DNA of 32,000 nucleotides from Trichlorobacter lovleyi SZ (GTDB lineage: Bacteria > Desulfobacterota > Desulfuromonadia > Geobacterales > Pseudopelobacteraceae). The stretch covers positions 3,210,001-3,242,000 of the forward strand of contig NC_010814.1 in NCBI RefSeq assembly GCF_000020385.1. Reading direction: 5' to 3'. The notes under the pieces are model-generated. The model did not search any database. It saw only the letters and a list, made by a program, of their open reading frames with translations, and was not told where the DNA came from. Shown here one piece after another: positions 1 through 8,600 of the stretch (position 1 is the stretch's first letter; every line of letters starts with the position of its first letter). The translations under genes and the position numbers were made by a program.

Positions 1-1496
1 ATCAACGCCACGCCGTAGGCATAGTGGTAATCCACACAATCCAGGGCAGCAGGCAGCAGTTTCTGGGCCTTACGCTCATCAAACAGACTGGTCAGGAATT
101 GCCGTTGTAGTTGCCATATTTCAGCATCGTCCAGCTCAGCCTCATCCGGCATACGGCCCATCCGCTGCTGCAACCAGTCGGCAAACCGCTCCAGCAGCTC
201 CACCGGCTTGAGTTTCAGCCCCCGCGCCACCCCGTTGAACCAGGCCACGGCCTTGCCGCGGGAGTAGAAGATGTCGCTGGCTGAGCCGAGCTGACGCGCC
301 CTGGCCATATCCACCAGCGGGAATGTTGTTGACTCCAGCAGGGTGTAGGGGGGACCTGGCAGATGCCGCATGCCGATAGCGGCTGCCTTGTGGGCGACCT
401 TGGTGCCGGGCAGCACCGCCAGCGGAAAGATATCCAGGTGGTTGGGGTAGAGCGACAGGGCAAAGTTGAGCCCTTCACGGAATTTGTCTAAACAATCGTC
501 CGGCAGGCCGTAGATCAGGTCAAAGCCAAAGGTGGCGCCGGAGTCGTTCAGCAGCATCACCTTGGCAGTGAATTCGTCGCGGTTGAATGTTCTGCCCACC
601 CCGCCGGCCACGGCCGGATCAGCGCTCTGCAGGCCGATCTGGACTGAGCAGGTCAGTTGCGCAAACAGCTGGGCCTGTTCCTTGTCCAGCAGTTCATGGC
701 GCACCTCAAAGTGGAAGTGGACATCCGGCGCAGTCTCACGGATCAGGCGCAGCAGGTGCTTGGCCCGTTTTTTGTCGGTGTTGAAGGTGGAATCCAGGGC
801 AAAGATCTGGGAGGCACCGCGTTCCACCAGATAGGCCAGTTCCTGTTCCATCCGATCCAGCGGATAGCGTCGCACCTTGCGATCTCCCATACCGTCATAG
901 CAGAACTCGCAGGCGTAGGGACAGCCCCGGGAGAGCTGCCAGACCATGCCGTTTTCAATATGCCGGTCCAGCAGCCCGGCCAGATAGGGAGACGGCAGTA
1001 TGGCAAGGTCTTCGATCTGCGCACGGGGAATCACCTGCAGCTCATCATTCACCAGTTGGGCTGCGCCGGGCAGTCCCTGCAGTGGCGCTCCGGCCAGACA
1101 ACGTTCCAGCAGCTCGGCCGCGGTCAGCTCCCCCTCTCCCACCACCAGCAGGTCAAAGGGGGCCTCGGCCAGCAGGCGGGCCGGGTCAGCGGTTGCCTCA
1201 GGGCCGCCGGCAATCAACAACAGATCGGGAAACTGCTGGCGCAACATCGTAATCAGTTTACAGCACTCTTCACGGTTCCAGACATAGACCGGCAGGCCGA
1301 CGATATCAGGCTGTTGCTCTTTGATAGAGGCCACCAGTTGCTCTAAAGGAGTACCGCAGAAAAACTCGGCGGTGGTGACGGCAACCTTCCCCTGCAGGGC
1401 AGGCGACTGGTCCAGATAGGCCTTGAGAAAGGCAGCGGCAAGCGGCACGGCCTGGGCGGACGGCATGGCATGAAGGGTAACAAGGTGTAAGTTCAT
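1..1496 (-). CDS. B12-binding-domain radical SAM protein; the 3' end is cut off by the window edge
   Basis: It is absent from the ORF track because no stop codon lies inside the window. Manual minus-strand translation from the ATG (complement of 1494-1496) gives MNLHLVTLHAMPSAQAVPLAAAFLKAYLDQ... and stays open to base 1. The radical-SAM CX3CX2C motif SRGCPYACEFC is present, with Cys codons at 921-923, 909-911 and 900-902. The N-terminal DIVGLPVYVWN...LLIAGGPEAT stretch resembles a cobalamin-binding Rossmann-like module. Confidence 0.8.
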   Translation of the reverse strand, partial: MNLHLVTLHAMPSAQAVPLAAAFLKAYLDQSPALQGKVAVTTAEFFCGTPLEQLVASIKEQQPDIVGLPVYVWNREECCKLITMLRQQFPDLLLIAGGPEATADPARLLAEAPFDLLVVGEGELTAAELLERCLAGAPLQGLPGAAQLVNDELQVIPRAQIEDLAILPSPYLAGLLDRHIENGMVWQLSRGCPYACEFCYDGMGDRKVRRYPLDRMEQELAYLVERGASQIFALDSTFNTDKKRAKHLLRLIRETAPDVHFHFEVRHELLDKEQAQLFAQLTCSVQIGLQSADPAVAGGVGRTFNRDEFTAKVMLLNDSGATFGFDLIYGLPDDCLDKFREGLNFALSLYPNHLDIFPLAVLPGTKVAHKAAAIGMRHLPGPPYTLLESTTFPLVDMARARQLGSASDIFYSRGKAVAWFNGVARGLKLKPVELLERFADWLQQRMGRMPDEAELDDAEIWQLQRQFLTSLFDERKAQKLLPAALDCVDYHYAYGVAL

Positions 1497-1638
1497 GGCG
1501 GCTACAGTACACCAATCGGGAGGAAAGCTCCAGCACTCCGGCAGGTTAAAGAGCTGCTGGACGGATGCTAATTCAATTGATGTTTCAAATATTTTTCTTT
1601 ATTGTTTCAAAATTGAGAAACTGCCAAGGATAAATTTG

Positions 1639-2334
1639 ATGCCCCTGCTTGACCATCCCATCATCGTGATCTCTGTCAGCGATGACACCCGCGCGGCACT
1701 GGCTGCAAGTCTGCACGCCTTTGACGTTGAGATTGTTACCTGCGCCACCTTTCTGGAGGCCGAAGATCTGGCCCTGAAAAGTCTGTACTGCGGAATTCTG
1801 GTGGATCTCCCCTCCATCGTCAAGGCCAAGGGAGAGGAAAAGATCGTCGCCTGTTCCCTGACCGGCTTTTTCCCGACCCTGCGGGTACGGGTGATGGGTA
1901 CCATGCTGATCCCGATGACCATGCCCGGCGCCGCAAAGCAGGAAAACAGCCTCAATGATTTCATCAACCGCGCCTGCTACAACTTTACCGCCCGTCAGCT
2001 CCGCGCCCACCACCGCCATGTCATCGGCATCTCAGTCGCCACACGCTTTGCAGAATCGGAAACCCGGGCCTTTACCCTGGATATCTCCTGGGGCGGCGCC
2101 TTCATTGTTGATTTCAACCCGGAACGTTTCTCCATCGGGGATGAACTGACCGTCTTTTTTCAGGAGCCCGGCTGCGAGATCACGGCAACGGTCTGCTGGA
2201 AGCAGTCCTGGGGCCTGCGTCACGCACCCGGCATCGGGGTCCATTTCCGCGAGATAACGCCATGCCTGAGCGAATTCCTGCTGCGGCTGCTGAAGCACGC
2301 CAAAGACCACGACCGTGACCGGCTGGTAGCCTGA
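1639..2334 (+). CDS. PilZ-domain protein (putative c-di-GMP binding) with a receiver-like N-terminal half
   Basis: This is the track ORF 1495..2334 trimmed to the in-frame ATG at 1639 (MPLLDHPIIVISVSDD...). PilZ signature motifs RAHHR (RxxxR) and DISWGG (DxSxxG) lie in the C-terminal half. The N-terminal part has a receiver-like alternating pattern (IIVISVSDD ... GILVDLPS). Confidence 0.75.
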   Translation: MPLLDHPIIVISVSDDTRAALAASLHAFDVEIVTCATFLEAEDLALKSLYCGILVDLPSIVKAKGEEKIVACSLTGFFPTLRVRVMGTMLIPMTMPGAAKQENSLNDFINRACYNFTARQLRAHHRHVIGISVATRFAESETRAFTLDISWGGAFIVDFNPERFSIGDELTVFFQEPGCEITATVCWKQSWGLRHAPGIGVHFREITPCLSEFLLRLLKHAKDHDRDRLVA

Positions 2335-2391
2335 CAGCCGTTTCATACCAAAGCCCCTAACCGTTACGTTCATTGCAGATGGAGGTGATCC

Positions 2392-4377
2392 GTGTTCAGC
2401 AGAATCATCGCACTCTGTATTACTGCGGCAGGTCTGATCAGCGGCCAGCTGTCAGTTCCGGGACTGCAGCACTATACCTTCACAGCAACGGAATCAAAAA
2501 TCCTGCCGGGCAAGACCACGGATACGAATCGTAACGGTACCGGCAGCGAGCAGGACCGGATTGGGCCTCTGGCACTGGTGGCCCTGAAATATCAGGGTAA
2601 TTATTGGGTTGATGGTCGCTTCAACCACAACAGCTTTCCGGTTGAGCTGGGCAGGGTCAGCGTTACCGGGCAGAGTCAGCGTCTTGAGGCCTTCCGCCTT
2701 ACTGAACCGCTCCACAAGGCCAGTAATTTTCTGGGTTCACACCACACCGTGTATTACCGCTTCCCTTTAAAATCACGATGGACAATCTACCGGCTGGATG
2801 ACAAAGGCGTCACACCAGTTAGCACGGTTACGGAAAATGAGATTATACCGGGACAGGACACCCGGATAATGGGACTGAGTGCCAGTAGCATCAAGGGCAG
2901 TGCCACCTACTTTCTTGCCCCGGCCCAAACCCGCATATCAAACTACCCCGAGCTTGACCGTAACGTAGAAGCGGCCAGCCTAACCGACACCCCCCTGGGA
3001 AAGATGCTTGTGTACCGTCACCGCATTGGCGGGAATGTTCCTGATCCGCGCCAACGGCAGGACAGCCAAGGCATGACACGTCAGTTTTTCATCGTCAAAA
3101 CAGGACCCGGTCCGGGCATCATCTGGCAGGACAAGAAGAGCCTGGAGATCCGCCTGACCCGCTTCAGTAACGACCTGCAGAGTTCCGCCAGCATCACCCT
3201 GGCGATGGAACGACCCGGCCACCTGCTGGCAGCCTGCGCAGACCCTTCCGGCAACCTGTACTACCTGCTGGCCCGCGGGAAAGGTGACCCGGAGATTCTT
3301 GAACTGGCCAAGACGGACGCCGGCGGGAAACTGCTGGCCCGTTTTGTCCCTGACTCCTCACCCGCCAGCCTCAACATCTTTAACATGAAAAACGAAGCCG
3401 CCGACCTTGTCTGGTCAAACGGAAGGCTCTGCATGATGCTGATGCGAACCATGCACAAGTCAGCCGATGGCCTGAATCACCAGGGAGGCATCGCCGTGAT
3501 CTTTGATGCAAACAACCTGCGGCAGATCAGGAACCTGGGACAAACATCAGGCCATTCTTTTGATAATGTCTTAAGCGTGAATACAGCCGGCGAGTTCATC
3601 GGCGTTGATCTTGGCGACAACTACCCGCGCGGCATACACCTGCACAGACTTACCGACCAGAACAGGGTTTCACGGGTGGTCTACACCTTCAAAACAGGCC
3701 ATGGCCGGACCGCCGGAAACCCTGCCGGCAAGACCTTCCCCCCCTACCCGGAAATCAGCAGGCCAGACAAAAGCTTTTACAAATGGTCAAATGACAACAA
3801 CACCTACTCGGAGCTTGGTGGAGTCATCGAAACGCCACAGGGCTACATGGTTGTCTTTGCCGGCGAACCTTCACCGGAAGGCAGGGTGCTGGACAACAGC
3901 CGCTTAGGACTCGATAAGGCGGATCCACGCAATATCGGCCTGGTTGTGGTACGCAAGAATTTTCCCACACTGGCTGCCCGCGGCAGCGTTGTCCCTGATG
4001 AGCTGCTGCTTAACAGGGGGCCGGCAGAAACCGGCGGTTTTTACAGTTTTAACGGTGCTTGGAACGAGCAACGCAACAGCGGCATTGTCTGGCTGACCCG
4101 CTACACTGCGGGGGATGGCTATTCGGCCCACAACATCAAGACCGCCCGGTTGCCCGATGGCAGTATCCTGATCCTCTGGAAGACCTACCAGCCTGACAGC
4201 AACTGGGCGATGACTGTTTCAGCAGAGGGCAGACAACGTATTGCACCGTTCAGGTTGCCGGATCAGCTGTACCTCAACCGCCGTGATGCCATCATGGTGG
4301 ATGGCAAGCGGGTCTATATTGTTTCAGGCCACCGTGATGACAAACGGCTGGAACTGTTTGTACTGCAATTGCACTAA
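2392..4377 (+). CDS. Secreted or periplasmic protein of unknown function (661 aa)
   Basis: GTG start at 2392 preceded by GGAGGTGA. The hydrophobic N-terminal signal-like segment is MFSRIIALCITAAGLISGQLSV, with no canonical lipobox. The long ORF is rich in short strand-like segments (GNLYYLLARG, EFIGVDLGDNYPRG, GYMVVFAGEP, GSILILWKT, KRVYIVSGH). I cannot name a catalytic motif. Confidence 0.7.
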   Translation: MFSRIIALCITAAGLISGQLSVPGLQHYTFTATESKILPGKTTDTNRNGTGSEQDRIGPLALVALKYQGNYWVDGRFNHNSFPVELGRVSVTGQSQRLEAFRLTEPLHKASNFLGSHHTVYYRFPLKSRWTIYRLDDKGVTPVSTVTENEIIPGQDTRIMGLSASSIKGSATYFLAPAQTRISNYPELDRNVEAASLTDTPLGKMLVYRHRIGGNVPDPRQRQDSQGMTRQFFIVKTGPGPGIIWQDKKSLEIRLTRFSNDLQSSASITLAMERPGHLLAACADPSGNLYYLLARGKGDPEILELAKTDAGGKLLARFVPDSSPASLNIFNMKNEAADLVWSNGRLCMMLMRTMHKSADGLNHQGGIAVIFDANNLRQIRNLGQTSGHSFDNVLSVNTAGEFIGVDLGDNYPRGIHLHRLTDQNRVSRVVYTFKTGHGRTAGNPAGKTFPPYPEISRPDKSFYKWSNDNNTYSELGGVIETPQGYMVVFAGEPSPEGRVLDNSRLGLDKADPRNIGLVVVRKNFPTLAARGSVVPDELLLNRGPAETGGFYSFNGAWNEQRNSGIVWLTRYTAGDGYSAHNIKTARLPDGSILILWKTYQPDSNWAMTVSAEGRQRIAPFRLPDQLYLNRRDAIMVDGKRVYIVSGHRDDKRLELFVLQLH

Positions 4378-4395
4378 AACAAGGGGAGAGAGCTC

Positions 4396-5391
4396 ATGGA
4401 ACCTGTATCGTTTAAGGCGTTCATTGTTGAAGAAGCCGCTCCGAAGCAGTTCAGCCGCCGGATTGGCGAGCGGACAGTTGCCGATCTCCCGCCGGGTGAG
4501 GTCATCATCAAGGTGGCCTATTCATCCCTCAACTACAAGGATGCGCTCTCGGCCACCGGCAATCCCGGCGTTACCAGAAAGTTTCCCCACACCCCCGGCA
4601 TCGATGCTGCCGGCACGGTGAGTGACTGCAGCGACAACAGCTTCTCCCCCGGGCAGCAGGTGCTGGTTACCGGCTACGACCTGGGGATGAACACCAGCGG
4701 CGGTTTCGGCCAGTATATTCGTGTACCGTCGGCCTGGGTGGTGCCGCTGCCGGATGGCCTTACCCTGCGTGAGAGCATGATCCTGGGCACCGCCGGCTTT
4801 ACGGCAGCGCTGTCAGTGCTGAAGCTGGTCAACAACGGCGTTACTCCGGAGCAGGGTGACATTCTGGTGACCGGGGCCAGTGGCGGCGTTGGCAGTATTG
4901 CCGTGGCGCTTTTGGCCAGGGCAGGATACCGGGTCGTGGCTGCCACCGGTAAACCGGCTACGGAAACAGTGTTGAAAAAGCTGGGGGCGGCTGAAAGTAT
5001 CCATCGGGATGAGCTGCTGAAAGGGGCTGAACGTCCACTGATGAAGGAACGTTGGGCCGGCGCAGTGGATGTGGCGGGGGGAGCAACCCTGGCTGCGGTG
5101 CTCAAGGCTACCCGTTACGGCGGTACCGTAACCTGTTGCGGCCTCGTTGATTCAGCAGAGCTGCCGACAAACGTTTTTCCATTCATACTCAGGGGAGTCA
5201 GTCTGCTTGGCATAGACTCAGTGCAGTGCCCAATGGCGCCACGTCGCGAAGTCTGGCATCGCCTGGCCAACGAGTGGAAGCTGGACAACCTTGCAGATGC
5301 GGTACATGAAATCAGTCTGGATGGATTGGAGGCAGCTATCATGACCATGCTGGAAGGCAGGGCACACGGACGCACCCTTGTCAGACTGTAA
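4396..5391 (+). CDS. acuI: YhdH/AcuI-family NADPH-dependent acrylyl-CoA reductase / quinone oxidoreductase (MDR superfamily)
   Basis: Colinear similarity to my recollection of E. coli YhdH: SSLNYKDALSATG, PHTPGIDAAGTV, ILGTAGFTAALSV, ILVTGASGGVGSIAVALL, GRTLV at the C-terminus. SD GGGGAG lies upstream of the ATG. Confidence 0.85.
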   Translation: MEPVSFKAFIVEEAAPKQFSRRIGERTVADLPPGEVIIKVAYSSLNYKDALSATGNPGVTRKFPHTPGIDAAGTVSDCSDNSFSPGQQVLVTGYDLGMNTSGGFGQYIRVPSAWVVPLPDGLTLRESMILGTAGFTAALSVLKLVNNGVTPEQGDILVTGASGGVGSIAVALLARAGYRVVAATGKPATETVLKKLGAAESIHRDELLKGAERPLMKERWAGAVDVAGGATLAAVLKATRYGGTVTCCGLVDSAELPTNVFPFILRGVSLLGIDSVQCPMAPRREVWHRLANEWKLDNLADAVHEISLDGLEAAIMTMLEGRAHGRTLVRL

Positions 5392-5409
5392 GATCGCGCC
5401 TCCTTGCAA

Positions 5410-5444
5410 CGAACAGAAAAGCGGTCCGGCACTGGCCGGACCGC
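5410..5444 (-). terminator. Rho-independent terminator for the minus-strand micro-ORF; it may also stop acuI read-through
   Basis: Perfect 10-bp stem GCGGTCCGGC (5421-5430) / GCCGGACCGC (5435-5444) with a 4-nt loop. On the minus strand it is followed by TTTTCTGTTCG. It lies 26 nt after the micro-ORF stop and 30 nt after the acuI stop. Confidence 0.75.
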
Positions 5445-5470
5445 TCATATCAGGAGTGCTCTCGGCGTGT

Positions 5471-5632
5471 TTACGTGGTACGCCCTTTACGACCGATCAT
5501 AACCTTGCCATGATGCGTCATAACATGCACATTGTGGTTCGGAGCACGACGGATTACCAGCTCATGTTTGTTGAGCATCGGCACCACAACATGTCGCGTC
5601 ATCTTGACCGGAGGCACCATACCTTTCATCAT
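5471..5632 (-). CDS. Hypothetical 53-aa Met/His/Val-rich small protein
   Basis: Below the ORF-track size cutoff. Manual translation gives MMKGMVPPVKMTRHVVVPMLNKHELVIRRAPNHNVHVMTHHGKVMIGRKGRTT. SD AAAGGGGGTGG lies about 5 nt upstream. The extended -10 TGGTATACT (complement of 5668-5676) lies upstream and a strong terminator lies directly downstream. Confidence 0.55.
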   Translation of the reverse strand: MMKGMVPPVKMTRHVVVPMLNKHELVIRRAPNHNVHVMTHHGKVMIGRKGRTT

Positions 5633-5781
5633 CGCCACCCCCTTTCATCGTCTGTTTCTCCATAGTTAGTATACCACAGCCCGGGTTCCCCACAGCAACA
5701 AATCTGTTCACACTTTATTACTCCACCTGAATCTGGTACTGTGAGCCCCGCTGTTTGACCGGAACCATTTTCCCGAGGAGT

Positions 5782-6282
5782 ATGACCGTGGCACCATTAC
5801 CTGCTGAACAACCTGCTGTTGCGCCAACCTTACCGGTGGATCTGAGCGGTGAGGCTGACTGGACCTCTTTTGATGCACCTTCACTCGTGGGCGACTCGCT
5901 CCGCTTTGTCTCCGGTGAACCGGACGGCAACCGTTTTCGAGTCCGTTACTACCGTGACCCTGAACAACACCTGCATGCACGCATCTGGTTCGGACCGGGG
6001 ACCGAAGGCCCCCCTGGGCATGCCCACGGCGGCGCCATTGCCGCCATAATGGACGAAGCCCTTGGGTTGGCCGCCTGGGCAGAAGGCTACCCGATTGTCG
6101 TCGGCAACCTGAATGTCAGTTTCCGCGCCATGCTGCCCCTGCAAAGGGTGATCACCCTTGAAAGCAAGGTGGTCTCTGTCGAAGGGCGCAAAGTCATGGT
6201 ACATGGCCGCCTCTTCTGCGATGAGGAAACAGTTTACGCAGAGGGACAATGCCTCTGCATCACCATTCCCGGACGACAGTAG
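5782..6282 (+). CDS. PaaI-family (hotdog-fold) thioesterase
   Basis: The C-terminal two-thirds carries the typical PaaI core GHAHGGAIAAIMDEALG followed by strand-rich hotdog sequence. The start is uncertain: TTG 5755 (track), ATG 5782, or GTG 5788, which sits 7 nt after GAGGAG. Confidence 0.75.
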   Translation: MTVAPLPAEQPAVAPTLPVDLSGEADWTSFDAPSLVGDSLRFVSGEPDGNRFRVRYYRDPEQHLHARIWFGPGTEGPPGHAHGGAIAAIMDEALGLAAWAEGYPIVVGNLNVSFRAMLPLQRVITLESKVVSVEGRKVMVHGRLFCDEETVYAEGQCLCITIPGRQ

Positions 6283-6330
6283 CTTTAACACGCAAACCAT
6301 CAGCCTACATTCTTATCTGGAGAGAAACCT

Positions 6331-6813
6331 ATGACCACCTGTCCCTGCGGCAGCACCAAACCCTATAGCGATTGTTGTGAACCGATCATCAAAGGCAGCC
6401 GGCCGGCAGAAACCGCCGAACAGCTGATGCGGGCCCGTTACAGCGCCTATACCCGGACTGAAATGGATTTTGTCTTCAACAGCACCGATCCGGCAAACCG
6501 TGAGGGCTACGACCATGACGGCACCAGGGCCTGGGCTGAAAACTCGGAATGGCTGGGACTGCAGATTACCGGTACCAGCAAGGGTGAAAAGGATGACGCG
6601 ACCGGCGAGGTTGAATTCATTGCCCGTTTCAAAGAAAACGGCATCCTGCGGGAACACCATGAAAATGCGCTCTTCACACGCAAAGAGGGCATCTGGTACT
6701 TCAGCGATGGCGTCATGGTCAAACCGAAGCCGATCACCGTCACCAAAGTGGGCCGTAATGACCCCTGCCCGTGCGGCAGTGGCCAGAAGTACAAAAAGTG
6801 CTGTGGCAAATGA
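6331..6813 (+). CDS. ychJ: YchJ-family protein (UPF0225) with SEC-C zinc motifs at both ends
   Basis: N-terminal CPCGS...YSDCC and C-terminal [21 protein letters not shown] motifs flank an NTF2-like core. SD GGAGAG lies 6 nt upstream. Confidence 0.85.
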   Translation: MTTCPCGSTKPYSDCCEPIIKGSRPAETAEQLMRARYSAYTRTEMDFVFNSTDPANREGYDHDGTRAWAENSEWLGLQITGTSKGEKDDATGEVEFIARFKENGILREHHENALFTRKEGIWYFSDGVMVKPKPITVTKVGRNDPCPCGSGQKYKKCCGK

Positions 6814-7430
6814 ATTTTCTCTACAGCCTTGATCTGCTGGGGACTGCCGCCTTTGCCGCTTCCGGCGCAATGGCGGCTATCCGGCGGGAAATGGACCTGT
6901 TCGGCGTCTTGATGCTGGGGCTGGTTACCGCCTGCGGCGGCGGCACCCTGCGTGACCTGCTGCTGGGAGATACCCCGCCGTTCATCTTCAAGGATGAAAC
7001 CTACCTCTACCTCTCGGTTGCGGTTGCGCTGCTTGTCTTCATCTTCCGCCACCACCTGGAGTTTCTGCATCATCCCCTGCCCTTCTTTGATGCCGTCGGA
7101 CTGGGTACCTTTGTGGTGATCGGCACCGGCAAGGCGCTGGAGTTCAAACTGGGGCTGTTCGGTTCGGTCATGATGGGAGTCATGACCGCCACTGCCGGAG
7201 GCATGATCCGTGATCTGCTGTCTGCCCAGGTACCGATGGTACTGCAGCGCGAAGTCTACGCCTCAGCCTGCCTGGCGGGCGGCACCCTGCTGTATCTGCT
7301 GCACCGCTACACCAACATCCCCCATGCCTGGTCCCTGCTTGCTGCAGCCCTGCTGGTGATCATCATGCGCCTGCTGGCCATCCGCTATAACTGGGCCTTA
7401 CCCCGCGCCAATGACTTCTACCGGGACTGA
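6810..7430 (+). CDS. Trimeric intracellular cation channel (TRIC) / UPF0126 (YadS-like) membrane protein
   Basis: This is the track ORF 6771..7430 trimmed to the ATG at 6810, which overlaps the ychJ stop (ATGA). Two repeated halves each carry the glycine motif (ACGGGTLRD and ATAGGMIRD). The protein is hydrophobic throughout. Confidence 0.8.
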   Translation: MNFLYSLDLLGTAAFAASGAMAAIRREMDLFGVLMLGLVTACGGGTLRDLLLGDTPPFIFKDETYLYLSVAVALLVFIFRHHLEFLHHPLPFFDAVGLGTFVVIGTGKALEFKLGLFGSVMMGVMTATAGGMIRDLLSAQVPMVLQREVYASACLAGGTLLYLLHRYTNIPHAWSLLAAALLVIIMRLLAIRYNWALPRANDFYRD

Positions 7431-8530
7431 CAACTGCCCCCCTCCTCCCGCAGCCTGACCAGAAACAGCTTCCGCACGTAGTCTTCAGCCTGCTGTCTTT
7501 CAGCGCTGGAGAGCGCCGCCTCTGCCACGGGCTTGACAAAACGGCGTAAAAAGCGGCGCACGCTCCAGCGCAGTGCGGGGTTGTCGTGCCCCAGCCGGTC
7601 GATCGGCACCGGCGCCGCGAAATTCCAGAGCGAAACCGCCTCCCGCAACGCCGGATTCAGCATCAGCCGTGTGCCTGCTGACAGGCCGGCCGCACCTTTG
7701 CACGCTTTACCCAGATAGCAGATGATGTTGGCACGGGTCTCACGACGGCGATCCAGCTCCCGCAGCCGGCTGATCTCCTGTTGCGGGTCTGCCAGGGCAT
7801 CCAGATGGGTAAACAGCAGCGGCTGCAGGCCGCTCTGCCCCACCAGCTCCATAAATTCATCAATCCGGTAGGTTGTGACATTGGGGTGCAGGAACAGGTC
7901 TGCCAGCCCGGAATCATTTTTTGCCTCCCAGGCAGCATCAACATAGCTTCTCAACCGGCTGCCCGGCGCAGCCTTTTTCAGCATCCGCTTGATAGCTGCA
8001 ACATCCTGCACCTTTAGCAACCGCATCGCTCGCCGGACCGATTCAGCCTCCTGCCGCGCATAGCGTCCATAGACCATCACCCGCAGGATGCCGCCCGGCA
8101 GCAGCCGCTGCTCCAGCGCCCGCATCCCGGCCGCCGGATCATCCAGGTGATGCAGCACCCCGAACGCCTCGATAAAGTGGTACGGCCCCGGTGTGACGGA
8201 CGGGTCGAGAAAATCCCCTTGCAGTAAATCTACGTTAAAACGGCGATGCAGCAGACAGTGCAGCCGTGCCCGCCTGAGATTATGCCGGGCCAGATCAACT
8301 CCCGTTATTTCAGCCCTGGGGTTTGCAAGCGCCATCGGATACGGGGCAAAGGCACCGCAGCCGGAAAGCAGGATCTTCCCCTCCTGTTCCGGCAGCAGCT
8401 CTCCGTTAAAGCGGCCCCAGAGCGCCGTCAGGTTCATGGCATATGTGTCGTAACGCCGCACCGAGGCTAAAAGCGGATAATGGGGATAGGGGTGGCGCTC
8501 GTAGTGGCCGGTTACTTCACGGAACGACAT
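7418..8530 (-). CDS. Class I SAM-dependent methyltransferase with a long C-terminal extension
   Basis: Motif I-like GKILLSGCGAFAP, then ITGVDL, then FGVLHHLDDP, then LLPGGILRVMVYG. The start is set at the ATG at 8530 (MSFREV...), 5 nt after AGGAG. The track start at 8557 lacks an SD. Confidence 0.75.
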   Translation of the reverse strand: MSFREVTGHYERHPYPHYPLLASVRRYDTYAMNLTALWGRFNGELLPEQEGKILLSGCGAFAPYPMALANPRAEITGVDLARHNLRRARLHCLLHRRFNVDLLQGDFLDPSVTPGPYHFIEAFGVLHHLDDPAAGMRALEQRLLPGGILRVMVYGRYARQEAESVRRAMRLLKVQDVAAIKRMLKKAAPGSRLRSYVDAAWEAKNDSGLADLFLHPNVTTYRIDEFMELVGQSGLQPLLFTHLDALADPQQEISRLRELDRRRETRANIICYLGKACKGAAGLSAGTRLMLNPALREAVSLWNFAAPVPIDRLGHDNPALRWSVRRFLRRFVKPVAEAALSSAERQQAEDYVRKLFLVRLREEGGSCQSR

Positions 8531-8600
8531 AACGGCTCCTGATTGCAGTAATGCCATGATTGGCGTATGCTATTTAAATACGGCAAAAGGGGGATATCTC

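Noticed and set aside
657-1346. A 229-aa plus-strand ORF and several smaller ORFs in 215..1536.
   Set aside because: The minus strand encodes a continuous radical SAM protein with a CX3CX2C motif across this whole region. These ORFs are shadow frames.
5562-5663. An alternative 33-aa minus-strand frame (MEKQTMKGGGDDERYGASGQDDATCCGADAQQT) overlapping the 53-aa micro-ORF.
   Set aside because: It has no SD. Its ATG sits only 4 nt after the predicted -10, so it would have to be leaderless with atypical spacing. It stops well short of the terminator. I keep it only as a low-probability alternative.
5378-5665. A 95-aa plus-strand ORF between acuI and the thioesterase gene.
   Set aside because: It begins inside acuI, reads through the 10-bp terminator stem and has no SD. 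The opposite strand offers a complete unit of promoter, SD, ORF and terminator.
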